Of a stretch of 52,296 nt of DNA, positions 9,775 to 19,144 are shown one piece after another; within the stretch, counting starts at the first letter, position 1, and every line of letters begins with the position of its first letter. Where the stretch lies: the IMG/VR virus record IMGVR_UViG_3300012890_000077, positions 1 to 52,296 of that record, one strand, 5' to 3'. The translations under genes and the position numbers were made by a program. The notes below the pieces were generated by a model, which was not told the origin of the DNA, did not search any database, and saw only the letters and a program-made list of their open reading frames with translations. This DNA comes from a virus (lineage: Duplodnaviria > Caudoviricetes).

Positions 9775-10263
9775 TTAGGCCGCCGCCTCCTGGCGCTTGG
9801 CGCGGATCGCCGCCTTTATGTCGTCTTTCCGCTCGGGAAGCGGGACGATGCCCAGGGAGAGGGCCAGCCCCTTCAGGTCCTGGACGGTCTTCCCCTTCAG
9901 GTCGTCGTCGGGCTCCGCGTCGGCCACGATCGCCGGGACCGTCGCGGGCGAAGGGTCCTCCTTGGCGCCAGGATCGCCCACGGGCGCGGTCTGGGTCGCG
10001 GGGGCGCTGTCGGTAGGGGTCGGGGTCGCCGGGACGTTCTCCTGGACCACGGCGGGCGTCAGGACGACCTGGGGCGTCGGGGCCGGGATCGCCTGGGCCT
10101 CCACGGGCTCGGCGCCGTCCATTTCCGCCGGGTCCATGCCTTCCGCGCGGGCGATGAAGTCCAGTTCGTCCAGCGTCCCGGCCGTGCGCCCGTTGTGGAC
10201 CGCGATCTTCGGGGGGCGACCGGTCAGGGCGGAACGATGGGCCAGGTATTCGGTCGGGGTCAT
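9775..10263 (-). CDS. Hypothetical protein with C-terminal Rho-N/HeH-like motif
   Basis: Pro/Ala/Thr linker followed by LKGKTVQDLKGLA..LGI....RKDDI. Confidence 0.65.
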   Translation of the reverse strand: MTPTEYLAHRSALTGRPPKIAVHNGRTAGTLDELDFIARAEGMDPAEMDGAEPVEAQAIPAPTPQVVLTPAVVQENVPATPTPTDSAPATQTAPVGDPGAKEDPSPATVPAIVADAEPDDDLKGKTVQDLKGLALSLGIVPLPERKDDIKAAIRAKRQEAAA

Positions 10264-10283
10264 GTCGAAGGCCCCTTACGGCC

Positions 10284-10317
10284 AAAGGGCCGCGACCCCC
10301 GAAGGTAGTCGCGGCCC
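10284..10317 (-). terminator. Hairpin terminator after major capsid gene
   Basis: GGGCCGCGAC stem, CTTCGG loop, TTT tract. Confidence 0.7.
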
Positions 10318-10341
10318 GTAGGGTCTTCAGGCCCGAAGGCC

Positions 10342-11355
10342 TTAGAAGGTAGACGAAGTGCCCTTGACGAGAACGCTGGGCTTCGTGCAAAGGTGGATCG
10401 GGTTGGATTCCGTCAGGAGTTCCACGCCACGGTTCCACTTCATCGGCTCGGACTTCGCGTAGCGCGGAAGGCCGATGGTGTTGGCGCTCTCCAGGAAGTT
10501 CCCAGGGCCGAACCACGTCTTGTAGAGGCCGTTCACGCCGGTCGGGAAGAAGTGGCATTCGGCATCGGCCACGAACGGGGTGCCGCCGATGGCCCCGACG
10601 TACTCCTCGAACACGACGCCCCAAATCTCGAAGCCCTTGCGCTGGTCGTCGCGCTTGTACTGGCCGTCAAGCCAGAGGTTGTAGGCGTCCACGACCTCGG
10701 GATGGGTCGTGAAGGCGTCGAACCAGTTCTTGCCGCAGACGGCGCGGATTTGGCTGTAGACGCCGTTCTGAAGCGCGCCTTCGATGGTGCGCTTGATGCC
10801 CAGGACCAGCTTCTTCAGGCGACCGGAACCGGTCGTGGTCCCGAAGAGGAAGTCCACCGTGGTCTGGTTCACGCCGAACTCCGCGAACAGGTCGTAAAGG
10901 ACCGTCACGCCGTCCGCGTCCAGAACGCGGCCCTTGATCGCGCCCAGCTTGCCGTACTCCAGCGTCGCGTCGTGCTTGGCGGCCATCGAAGCCAGCCGCT
11001 TGTCGCGCTCGGCCTCCCAGCCCTGAAGCTCCGTACCGCCCAGGACGCGGACGCCCTGGACCTCGGTCGCCATAAGGGTGTCGGCCAGGGGGAAGTGCGG
11101 GATTCCCAGGTACCGCATCTTGCGCTTGCCGTGCGCGTTCTGGGTCGGGGCCTCGCCGCGCGCCTTGGACGGGATCAGGGAAAGAACGCCGTTCTCCTCC
11201 TCGATCTGGATATGGTTCGTCGCCACGCCAGCCGCCTCGAAGAGTCCCATCTGGCCGATACGACCCGGCACGAAAGGCATGGTGTTGATAGCCTGGGTCA
11301 TGGTCATCATGGACCAGGCTTCGCCGCTGAAAAGGTTGGAAATAAGTTCAGGCAT
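10342..11355 (-). CDS. Major capsid protein (lambda E family)
   Basis: T.AIN..P..PGRIGQMGLF, PHFP..D and ESNP...CT.P motifs. Confidence 0.95.
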   Translation of the reverse strand: MPELISNLFSGEAWSMMTMTQAINTMPFVPGRIGQMGLFEAAGVATNHIQIEEENGVLSLIPSKARGEAPTQNAHGKRKMRYLGIPHFPLADTLMATEVQGVRVLGGTELQGWEAERDKRLASMAAKHDATLEYGKLGAIKGRVLDADGVTVLYDLFAEFGVNQTTVDFLFGTTTGSGRLKKLVLGIKRTIEGALQNGVYSQIRAVCGKNWFDAFTTHPEVVDAYNLWLDGQYKRDDQRKGFEIWGVVFEEYVGAIGGTPFVADAECHFFPTGVNGLYKTWFGPGNFLESANTIGLPRYAKSEPMKWNRGVELLTESNPIHLCTKPSVLVKGTSSTF

Positions 11356-11405
11356 TGTTCTCTCGGGTTCCTTGGGTTCCCCTTACGCTAAGCCCCCGAA
11401 GGGGC

Positions 11406-11780
11406 TTAGACGGCCTCCCGGACGAAGATCGTCGCGGCCTGAAGCTGGGCTTTCGCCGTCGCGATCTGACCCGCGTTCAACGTGCCCCAGTCCAGTTCCG
11501 ACGCGTTGACCTCGACCCAGTTGGCGAAGGCGATGGCCGCCACGTCGCCCGCCGTGGCGTCGGCCGCCGCGCGAAGGATGCGCTTCGCGGTCTGGGAACC
11601 GTCAGCCGCCGCCGGGTTCACCGCGACGTACTTGCCGGTCGCCGTGATCTGGCCCAGGACGCGGTTGGCGCCCAGCTTCTGACCGTTGGCGACGGTGATC
11701 TTCTCGTAGGACATGGCCCCAAGGGGCGCGCTGACAAGGGACTCGCCGGTGTAGAGTCCTTCCGTTAGGTTCTGGGGCAT
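11406..11780 (-). CDS. Head decoration protein (lambda D-like)
   Basis: VLGQITATGKY...P.A.DGSQ.A..IL motif. Confidence 0.92.
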   Translation of the reverse strand: MPQNLTEGLYTGESLVSAPLGAMSYEKITVANGQKLGANRVLGQITATGKYVAVNPAAADGSQTAKRILRAAADATAGDVAAIAFANWVEVNASELDWGTLNAGQIATAKAQLQAATIFVREAV

Positions 11781-13130
11781 TTACTTGTTCTCCTGGCCGT
11801 TGATGCGGGCGTACACGCCAGCGGTGTCGATGGGTCCGGGGGCCGCCTTCGTGGGAGGGACGGCGCCGTTCATGGCGAAAAGGGCCTTACTGCCGCCGGT
11901 CAGAAGCTCGGCGCTGAAGTCGCGGGTGACGCGGGCCTCGACGCTGGCCTTGAAGGTCTTCAGGCCGGGCGTATCCGCAACGTCGCCGCCGTCCGTGAAG
12001 CCGACGACGCCGCCCGCTCCGGTCGCGAACTCGGTGAACGCGGCCTCCAGGGCCTCCTGTTCGGTCGGGAACGCCTTTCCGCGAGTGATCGCGTCCAGAG
12101 CGAACGCCGTGGCCGCGTCCTTCACGCGGGCCTGGGCCGTGGCCGCCTGGTCGTCCGTCTTCGCGTCCACCAGAGCCTGGAGGCGCGCGACTTCGGCCTG
12201 GGCCGCCGCCAGGGCGGGATCGGGGGTCGTCGGGGTCTTCTCCGCGTCCGGCTTCGGGGTTTCGGGCTGGTCTTCGTCCTTCAGGATTTCCTCCAGTTCG
12301 GCCTCCGAAGCGCCGCTGAACTTCGCCAGGACCCGCTGGATAAGCGAAGGCTTTTCGGTCTTCATCGGGGTCCCCTTACGCGGTTTCTCCGGGACGGTCG
12401 GGGCGTCCTCGCTGAACGCCGCGAACACCGCCGCGTCCTCGATTCGCGGATTCAGGCAAAGGGCCATACCGACCAGCCGCTTCGTCGCGCGGTCGAAGGT
12501 CGCGGACACCTTCAGGGGCTCGTCGTCCCCGATCAGGTCCGCGAGGGCGGCCGGGATATGGACCTCCCCGAACAGGGCGTCCCCGTCGCGGTGGGTGATC
12601 GTCGCGTGACCCAGGAGGCGCTTTCCGGGACGGCTGAACACGGTGGGCCGGTGTTCCAGGTCGTTCGGGACGAAGCCGTTCGGGACCAGGCCTTCGTCCG
12701 CGAAGCTGGCCGCGAACGGGGCCGTCTTCAGCCGCGAGATTTCCGCGTCGGCTTCCGCCCAGTCCATGCTGAAGTCCTTGTCCGGGTAGTCGCCCGTGCG
12801 GAACACGATCCCGCGCCGGACCACGAAGGCGCCCTGGAGGGCCGGGGCGTCGTCCAGGCTGAAGGCGGCCGGGCTGACGGGCTCCCAGGTTCGGACCTCC
12901 TGGACGGGCTCGGCATCGCCCAGCGTCACGGCCAGGGTCTTCGCGTCGATAGAGTAGGCGCGCTGGAGGGTCTGGACCTTCCCCGGCCCAGGGCCGGAAG
13001 GCTCCAGGTCGTAGACCACGGAGGCCGGGAAAACGTCCCGCACGTAGGCGAACGCGCCGCCCCCCGTGGTCTGGTTCAGCGCGGTCCCCAATAGGTCACG
13101 GATCGCGCCGTGGGAGAGTTGTCTGGGCAT
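11781..13130 (-). CDS. Putative prohead protease/scaffold fusion
   Basis: Lies directly upstream of the decoration and capsid genes; DLEH and MAL..NPRI..A motifs followed by an Ala/Glu helical region; probable internal start at 12365. Confidence 0.7.
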   Translation of the reverse strand: MPRQLSHGAIRDLLGTALNQTTGGGAFAYVRDVFPASVVYDLEPSGPGPGKVQTLQRAYSIDAKTLAVTLGDAEPVQEVRTWEPVSPAAFSLDDAPALQGAFVVRRGIVFRTGDYPDKDFSMDWAEADAEISRLKTAPFAASFADEGLVPNGFVPNDLEHRPTVFSRPGKRLLGHATITHRDGDALFGEVHIPAALADLIGDDEPLKVSATFDRATKRLVGMALCLNPRIEDAAVFAAFSEDAPTVPEKPRKGTPMKTEKPSLIQRVLAKFSGASEAELEEILKDEDQPETPKPDAEKTPTTPDPALAAAQAEVARLQALVDAKTDDQAATAQARVKDAATAFALDAITRGKAFPTEQEALEAAFTEFATGAGGVVGFTDGGDVADTPGLKTFKASVEARVTRDFSAELLTGGSKALFAMNGAVPPTKAAPGPIDTAGVYARINGQENK

Positions 13131-13148
13131 CGCGCGCCCTCATACGCG

Positions 13149-13182
13149 AAAAGGCCCCGGCCTCCTTTCGGGGGTCGGGGCC
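13149..13182 (-). terminator. Intrinsic terminator
   Basis: GGCCCCG stem, GAAA loop, TTTT tract, then CGCGTA. Confidence 0.75.
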
Positions 13183-13204
13183 GGTGGGCCGCTTCAGGGA
13201 CGGT

Positions 13205-13684
13205 TCAGCGCTTCGGCCGCTCCCAGCCGGGGAAGATATCGCCTACGCGGGGAAGCTCGTCGTAGCGCTCTCCCTCCAGGTAGGCCGACACGTCCGCGTC
13301 CTCGCCGGTTTCGGGGCCGTAGTCCGATTCATCGAAGAGGGCGCTGGTCCGGCGGCCGACGTAGGCGCCATACCAGGAGGCCATGACGGACCAGACGCCC
13401 ATATAGGCGTCGTGCCGATCCCGGTCTTCCTTCTTCTTGATCCCGATAGACCCCTTGAAGTTGGCGTAGTCGATCCGGTCCACCGCGTCGTTCATGGCCT
13501 TTTTGAACTGGGCTCGGGTGACGACGGCGCGGTATCGGTAGTCCGCGTTCAGGTCCTCGAAGACCTGGGCGACGGGGACGGCGCGCTGAATGTCGCCTTC
13601 CACCCGCGACCGGACCAGGAGTCGGTCCTTCTGGGTCCGATGCGCGACGACGGAAACGAAACTCTTGTTCTGGAAGACCCACAT
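13205..13684 (-). CDS. Hypothetical phage protein
   Basis: MWVF...FVSVV...LLVRSR..D, DY.YRA and IDYANFK, a pattern seen in phage hypotheticals. Confidence 0.75.
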   Translation of the reverse strand: MWVFQNKSFVSVVAHRTQKDRLLVRSRVEGDIQRAVPVAQVFEDLNADYRYRAVVTRAQFKKAMNDAVDRIDYANFKGSIGIKKKEDRDRHDAYMGVWSVMASWYGAYVGRRTSALFDESDYGPETGEDADVSAYLEGERYDELPRVGDIFPGWERPKR

Positions 13685-13687
13685 AAT

Positions 13688-13706
13688 TGTATAACAGTGT
13701 ATCACA
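13688..13706. promoter_or_regulatory. TGTATMACA tandem operator-like site
   Basis: TGTATAACA-g-TGTATCACA; the same 9-mers occur at 49553-49571. Confidence 0.55.
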
Positions 13707-13775
13707 TATTTTTACCGACGTTTGCGGATTTCCCGAAGTCCTGGGCCTATCTTCCAGAACTGGTATAAAGGTCCT

Positions 13776-13991
13776 ATGCCGAATCTTATCGAGTTCAACA
13801 ACGCCGAAACGGGCCAGGCCGGGACCATGTTCGACGTGACCACCCGCCAGGCCGTCCTCCTGGCCCAGCACGAATACACCGAAGGCCAGATGGACAGAAC
13901 CGACCTCGAAGGCGCCTACGGCGGCCTGGTGACGCTCGACACGGTGGAAGAGGCCCGCCTAGGCCCCTGGGTCGCTCGGATCGTCCATTAG
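13776..13991 (+). CDS. Small hypothetical protein (probably leaderless)
   Basis: TATAAA-N6-ATG at 13764-13778; phage-like codon usage. Confidence 0.6.
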   Translation: MPNLIEFNNAETGQAGTMFDVTTRQAVLLAQHEYTEGQMDRTDLEGAYGGLVTLDTVEEARLGPWVARIVH

Positions 13992-14255
13992 GACGCCCTC
14001 GGGCCAGTCCGGCCGCCGCTTCGTCCAGACGACGCTCCCCTCCTGGTGAAGATGGGGGAAGGGCGCGTCGTGGACGGTTTCGTTTTTCAGGATCGTTTCG
14101 GGAATGCCGCCGGGGAAGGCCCAGCATCGGGCCGAACCGGGCCACTTGTGTTGGCAGGTGGCGCACTGACTGACCCCCATCCCGGCCGCCGTGTCCTCTT
14201 TGGACCGCATGGCCGGGGTCATGGGGAGGCCGTTTACTTGATTCTTCTCTGCCAT
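13959..14255 (-). CDS. Cys/His-rich small protein, candidate MuF-toxin immunity/partner
   Basis: CxxC..C.AFP.GIP..I....H; overlaps the 3' end of the MuF-ART gene. Confidence 0.65.
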   Translation of the reverse strand: MAEKNQVNGLPMTPAMRSKEDTAAGMGVSQCATCQHKWPGSARCWAFPGGIPETILKNETVHDAPFPHLHQEGSVVWTKRRPDWPEGVLMDDPSDPGA

Positions 14256-17200
14256 TCGGTTTGCCCTTCCTTGGATTCCAGAAGCTCGACTTCCAGGATC
14301 GTCAGGGTTCGCCCACCCGATACGTCCTCTTTCGTGACCTTGACCACGCGGTAATTGGCGTGGTCAAGGATGAACTCGTGTTCGCCGTCGTAGCCCTGGG
14401 GGTCGTTCGACGGGATCGCCACCAGGCCGCGCGGCGCCTTGATCCGAAGAAGGACGGGGTGGTACGGGTCGCCGGAGAGGCCGTAGGACGTCGCGAAGTG
14501 CCGGGAAATGTCCTCGACGTTCGCCGTGGACAGGAACGAATGGTCCGTCAGGATCGTCCCTTCGTCGCCCGGCTGGAGGCTCCACCACGCTTCATAGCCC
14601 ACGCCCCGATATAGCTGAATGTCTTCATCGAATCCGACCGACTTTCGGAACATGGACCGAATTTGCTCGATAAAGCCCTTCCGCTCGGGGGTGATCGACT
14701 TCGTGCCGCCCCGAAGGAACTTGTTCATGGCGCCGTAGTGCGAATTGCCCTTGTAGGCGCTCAGGGCCGCCTTTTCGGTCGTCGTGAAACTCTTGTAGAC
14801 GTCGCCGTACAGTTCGCGCCGCTTCTTGCGTCCGTCCTCGGACGAAAGCTGGCGCGGCTTGACCTTCTTGGGGTCCAGGCCGCCCTTCGGGACCTTCACC
14901 GGCTTCGCGGGCTTCGGGGCCTTCCCGATGGCCGCCGCCTTCTGGGCCAGAAGGTCCGTCCGGGCCTCCATCATGTCGGCTATCCGCTGTTGCTTCAGCG
15001 GGTCCAGCCCCGGCGTGGACGCCTTCACGAACGCCTCCCAGCCGCGCAGCTTCTTGCGTAGGGCCTGGATGGCCGCGACCTGGGCCTTCAGGGTGGGAAC
15101 GTCTTCGGCCTTGTCGTAGCCCGCCTTCGTGAAAACCGACCCGTAGTAGTGATTGATCCCGCCCGGCGCGAAGCCTTCCCACTCCGCGATCTGGTCCAGG
15201 GCGTGGGCGGGCTTGGGCGATCCTTGGGCGCGGTACAGGAACGTTCCGCCGCCGTCGATGCGCGCGACCCCGCCGCCCTTCAGAAGGACGACGTTATCCA
15301 GGCCGGTCCCCACCGCGTCCCAGTTCGCGGTCAGAATGTCGGCCGCGAAGCCGTCCAGGATCGCGCGGGCGACCTCCTGGGACAGCCCCTTCTGGCCGAC
15401 CGTGCCTTCCACGGGAAGAAGCTCCGACGCGTAGGCGATCCGCCCTTCATGCTCGAAGAGGGTCGAAGTCGGGACCTTCAGGCCCAGGAGTCGGTAGACC
15501 TCGTTCGACAGGTGTTCGGAGTAGGCCTGGCCGGGGTCGCCGTAGAACTTGACGTACCGCTGAACCCCGTCCGCGCCCAGAAAGAAGCCGCCGGGGTTGC
15601 TCCCGCCCTTCCCGCCGGTCTGGTTCTCATAGAGGAACCCCTTCGCGTTCGGGGTCGCCAGCTTCGCGCCCAGGATCGTCTCCGCGACGGTCGGCGCGGG
15701 CTTCGTCTGGATCGGCTCCGGCTGGGCGTGGACGGTCGTTTCCACGGGCGTCTTCGCCTTCGGGGCCGCCTTCTTGACGGGCGTGTACTCGAAGCCGTCC
15801 GGGAAGCCGCCGGGAGGCGTCAGGTCCTGGGCCGCATAGTGGTGAAGGACCGACGCCGCGCTGGCCGTAGACTTCGGGAAGAAGTGCTTCACCAGGATCG
15901 CCACTTCCTGGGGCTCGATGGTCCCCGCCTGGGACTTGATCAGGGCCTTCGTGTAGTCGGTCGCCGTGGCCTTCGCGTTCGGGTGGGGCGCGACGGCCAG
16001 GAGGGATTCCAGGTCCAGCACGTCCACGGGCTGGGGGACGGCCGCCTGGGCCGCCTGGAGGGGCGTGGGCGCCTCCGTGGGGACCCCGTGCTTCGCGTAC
16101 TTCGGCGCGATATGCTTGTCCGGGTCCCAGGCCTTCGCCTTCGGGTACAGGACGTTCGCCGCCGCCTCCAGGTCGGCGGGCGTCTGGTGGGGCGCCACTC
16201 CGGCGGCCATCGCCTGGATGCTCGATTCCAGGTACTCGTTTTTGGTCTTCGGGAGGGGCGCGGGCTGGTTCACGCCCCAAATAGAGGGGGTGCCTTTTTC
16301 GGCTTCCGCCTTCGCCGCCTCCCACTCCTGATGCGCCGCCAGGGCCGCCGCGTCGGCCTTCGCCTGGGCCTCCAGCGCCTCCTGGGCCGCCTTCGCCAGC
16401 GCCTGGGCTTCCGCCAGGGCCGCCGCCTCCTTCGCCTCGGCTTCGGCCTTCTGGGCCGCCAGCGCCGCCGCTTCCGCCGCCTTCTGGGCCGCCAGGGCCT
16501 CCCGCTGGGCCGCGATCTTCGCCAGGTACAGCGGGTTCGCCGCGTTCAGGTCAATTTCGGGAAGCGGCCCCGCGACGTGGCCGCCCATGCCCTTGAGCGA
16601 CGGGAGGGCCTTCCCGGTCGCCCCCGCCTCGATCTCCTTCTGAAGCTGGGCCAGGGTCTTCGCCCGGACGCCGCGCCCCCATCGGGGGTGGTCCACGTCC
16701 TGAACCACGTCTTTCAGCGCGATCTTCCCGGACTTCCAAAGCTCGTACCGGGCCGGTCCCAGAACGTCCTTCGCGTAGCCCGGCTGGTTCGCCTCCCGCT
16801 CGGCCAGGACCTCTTCCCCGGTCTTCCTCGCGACGTCCAGGTACTTGACCACGGGCGCCAGGGCGCAACGGCAACCGGGGTGGAAGCCGACCAGTTCCCC
16901 GTGGGGAATGATCGTCCCGTCCTTCGCCCAGCAAAGGGGGCACGTCCGGGAGTCGCGGGCCGATACCCAGCGACTCGCCACCACCACGTCCGAATTGGCC
17001 TCGTAGTTCGCCTTCTGGGCCGTCGTGTAGGCGCGGGCCGACTCCGTTCGGGCGATCAGGACGGACCTTTGCTTCGTGGTCGTCAGTTCGTCCTGGAACC
17101 GCTTCGCGATCACCGTGGGGTGATCCCCGGCCGCGATCCCCACCGCGAAGATTTCGCGCGCCTTCTGGACCGCGTTCGGGGCCATCGCCGCGAACAGGTC

Positions 17201-17701
17201 GTGAAGGGGGCTCTTGTCCGTCAGGGCGCCTACCATCGCGTCGAAGGCCGACGTGGGAAGCATCTTGAAGCCGGTCTGGACCCCCGCCGTGGCGACCAGT
17301 TCCTTCGCGTCCTTCGACCCCTGGAGGAAGCCGTTCTTCTGCATCCCTAGGGCCGCCTGGCCCGCCTTCTTCGCGTAGCCGTCGATCTGGGCCTGGATTT
17401 CGGCCTGGAACTCCGTCCAGCGCTCTTGTTGGTAGAGCCACGCGGGCGACACGGGAAGGCCCGCCGCCTGGGCCGCCGCGATCTTCGCCGTGACGGCCTC
17501 CAGGCGCTTCTGGATTCCCGCATTGGCGACCTTCCAGGCGCCGACCATGCGCTGGATCGCCGCCGCGTCCCCGGCCAGGACCCGCCGCTTCTGGCGGGCC
17601 ATCGCCTCATAGACGTTGTGTTCGCCCTTGGCCTTGAAGACGGCAAGCCGGGGACCGAACTCGACCACGGCCCCGAAGGCGTCGAAGCGGAAGCGATTCA
17701 C
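14234..17701 (-). CDS. MuF/SPP1 gp7-like minor head protein fused to HipA/PI3K-like kinase and VIP2-like ADP-ribosyltransferase domains
   Basis: IARTE, D.RTC..C and HP.CRC (MuF); YVK..E..D....NWD....DN...RIDGG (kinase-like); LYRG, FLST and EHEF (R-S-E ART). Confidence 0.88.
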   Translation of the reverse strand: MNRFRFDAFGAVVEFGPRLAVFKAKGEHNVYEAMARQKRRVLAGDAAAIQRMVGAWKVANAGIQKRLEAVTAKIAAAQAAGLPVSPAWLYQQERWTEFQAEIQAQIDGYAKKAGQAALGMQKNGFLQGSKDAKELVATAGVQTGFKMLPTSAFDAMVGALTDKSPLHDLFAAMAPNAVQKAREIFAVGIAAGDHPTVIAKRFQDELTTTKQRSVLIARTESARAYTTAQKANYEANSDVVVASRWVSARDSRTCPLCWAKDGTIIPHGELVGFHPGCRCALAPVVKYLDVARKTGEEVLAEREANQPGYAKDVLGPARYELWKSGKIALKDVVQDVDHPRWGRGVRAKTLAQLQKEIEAGATGKALPSLKGMGGHVAGPLPEIDLNAANPLYLAKIAAQREALAAQKAAEAAALAAQKAEAEAKEAAALAEAQALAKAAQEALEAQAKADAAALAAHQEWEAAKAEAEKGTPSIWGVNQPAPLPKTKNEYLESSIQAMAAGVAPHQTPADLEAAANVLYPKAKAWDPDKHIAPKYAKHGVPTEAPTPLQAAQAAVPQPVDVLDLESLLAVAPHPNAKATATDYTKALIKSQAGTIEPQEVAILVKHFFPKSTASAASVLHHYAAQDLTPPGGFPDGFEYTPVKKAAPKAKTPVETTVHAQPEPIQTKPAPTVAETILGAKLATPNAKGFLYENQTGGKGGSNPGGFFLGADGVQRYVKFYGDPGQAYSEHLSNEVYRLLGLKVPTSTLFEHEGRIAYASELLPVEGTVGQKGLSQEVARAILDGFAADILTANWDAVGTGLDNVVLLKGGGVARIDGGGTFLYRAQGSPKPAHALDQIAEWEGFAPGGINHYYGSVFTKAGYDKAEDVPTLKAQVAAIQALRKKLRGWEAFVKASTPGLDPLKQQRIADMMEARTDLLAQKAAAIGKAPKPAKPVKVPKGGLDPKKVKPRQLSSEDGRKKRRELYGDVYKSFTTTEKAALSAYKGNSHYGAMNKFLRGGTKSITPERKGFIEQIRSMFRKSVGFDEDIQLYRGVGYEAWWSLQPGDEGTILTDHSFLSTANVEDISRHFATSYGLSGDPYHPVLLRIKAPRGLVAIPSNDPQGYDGEHEFILDHANYRVVKVTKEDVSGGRTLTILEVELLESKEGQTEWQRRIK

Positions 17702-17736
17702 CGCCCCCTATGCGAAAATTGCGAAAAGTGAAAACT

Positions 17737-17768
17737 GAGTTCTGAAAATCAGAACTCCGTGGTACTAT
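17737..17768 (+). promoter_or_regulatory. Operator palindrome plus extended -10 promoter
   Basis: GAGTTCTGA-AAA-TCAGAACTC followed by TGgTACTAT. Confidence 0.8.
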
Positions 17769-17805
17769 GAATCCAGCCGCACCACCGGCTTACGGAACAC
17801 GCAGA

Positions 17806-18102
17806 ATGACCACCGCTTTCGCCTCCCTTATGACCCTCGGGCTTCTCGGCGCACCGACCGCCCCCGTCCAGACCGTCGCCCGTCCCGTGATCGGCTCCCG
17901 CACTCTGAAGTGCCGGAAGGGCGTCTACCGGATCGGGACCGACGCCAGCCTGAAGGGTTCGATCCTCCGGGGCCACGCGCTTCGCCAGGCCCGCATGAAG
18001 GACAACCTGGAGCGCCTTCTTCCCCAGCCCGCTCCCGTCGCCGTGACGAAGCCGAAGCGGATCCGCGCCAAGAAGGCCGCCCCGCTGGCCGCCGCCGCCT
18101 GA
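17806..18102 (+). CDS. Hypothetical basic protein
   Basis: First ORF after the operator-promoter; GGAACACGC leader motif. Confidence 0.65.
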   Translation: MTTAFASLMTLGLLGAPTAPVQTVARPVIGSRTLKCRKGVYRIGTDASLKGSILRGHALRQARMKDNLERLLPQPAPVAVTKPKRIRAKKAAPLAAAA

Positions 18103-18224
18103 TTTCGCGAGGGGTTTTTCCCTCGCTCGGGTTGATTAGCCACTTCCCACCGGCCCCGCCTCTCCAGCTTCAGGACGTGGGGCCTCGCTATATCCGGCAC
18201 CACCCGGACCCAGGTACACGCAAC

Positions 18225-18503
18225 ATGAAGACACCGCTTAACCCGCCCATCGCGGACCCCTTCGACTGGCCGAAGCTCGACACCCGCCAGCTTCGGGACG
18301 TGATCGCGCTGGCGCAACACCGCGCCGTCATTCGCGACTTCCCTTCCGGCCTGGCTATCGTCCACTACAGGCTGGCCCCGTTCCTGGAGTTCTGCCGCCT
18401 GGAGGTTTTCCAGCCCTTGCCGGTCGATGGCTTAGAGGCTCGGGTGATCGCCACCGTCCGACCGTGCGGGCGCCTCGACTACGCCCGCCAGGTGGCGGCA
18501 TGA
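18225..18503 (+). CDS. Hypothetical protein
   Basis: GGTACACGC leader; ATGA overlap with the next gene. Confidence 0.65.
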   Translation: MKTPLNPPIADPFDWPKLDTRQLRDVIALAQHRAVIRDFPSGLAIVHYRLAPFLEFCRLEVFQPLPVDGLEARVIATVRPCGRLDYARQVAA

Positions 18504-18748
18504 AGATCGGCCCCCCTTGGCGACTGACGACCGAAGACGCGCCCGCGCCCGAAACGCCGGTCCTGGCCGCCGTCCACCGCTACGACGAACCCACCGAACC
18601 CTTGGTCTATCACGTCGCATGGATCAGGCCGGACGGCCGATGGACCGCCCTCTTCATCGACCTTGACGACGACCAGGGCAATGACCCCTACCTGGCGACT
18701 CCGGTCTGCTGGCAACCGATCACCGACCCCTTCCAGGTGGCGGCATGA
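18500..18748 (+). CDS. Hypothetical protein (DUF551-like pattern)
   Basis: W.....P....PVL ... W.P pattern; coupled start and stop. Confidence 0.6.
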   Translation: MKIGPPWRLTTEDAPAPETPVLAAVHRYDEPTEPLVYHVAWIRPDGRWTALFIDLDDDQGNDPYLATPVCWQPITDPFQVAA

Positions 18749-18916
18749 CGGGCCTTCCCCAGATGCTCGACGGCCTGTTCATCGTGGTCATGGCCTTCGC
18801 CGTTCGGACGCCGTTCCACGGGAGGCGCCCGTGACCTGGCCCCAGTTCGTCGTCCTGGCCGCCGCCGCCTTCGCTTGCGGCTGGACCTCTTGCCGGTCCT
18901 GGGGGCCGCGCCAGTA

Positions 18917-19144
18917 ATGCCCGCCCTTGCGCCGATCCGGGACGCAAAGGCCGACGACGCGAAGCTGGAGGAACTGGCCGAACTTTACGAGGGCGTGAAG
19001 TTCTGGCTGGACGTGGGCCATGCGTTCTACGACGGGAAGGACACCATCCCGGCCAGCGTCATCGGGGTCGCCGTCCGCGTGGACAAGCTCCGGGGCCACC
19101 ATGTCGCGTTCGTGGACGCCGAAGGGAGGGTCTACCCCGCGTGA
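18917..19144 (+). CDS. Hypothetical protein
   Basis: Member of a translationally coupled chain; phage-like codon usage. Confidence 0.6.
   Translation: MPALAPIRDAKADDAKLEELAELYEGVKFWLDVGHAFYDGKDTIPASVIGVAVRVDKLRGHHVAFVDAEGRVYPA

Noticed and set aside
217-10304. CTTC as a -35 partner 17-20 nt upstream of CGTA
   Set aside because: Seen at only a few sites, partly explained by TTCG terminator loops, and absent at most sites.
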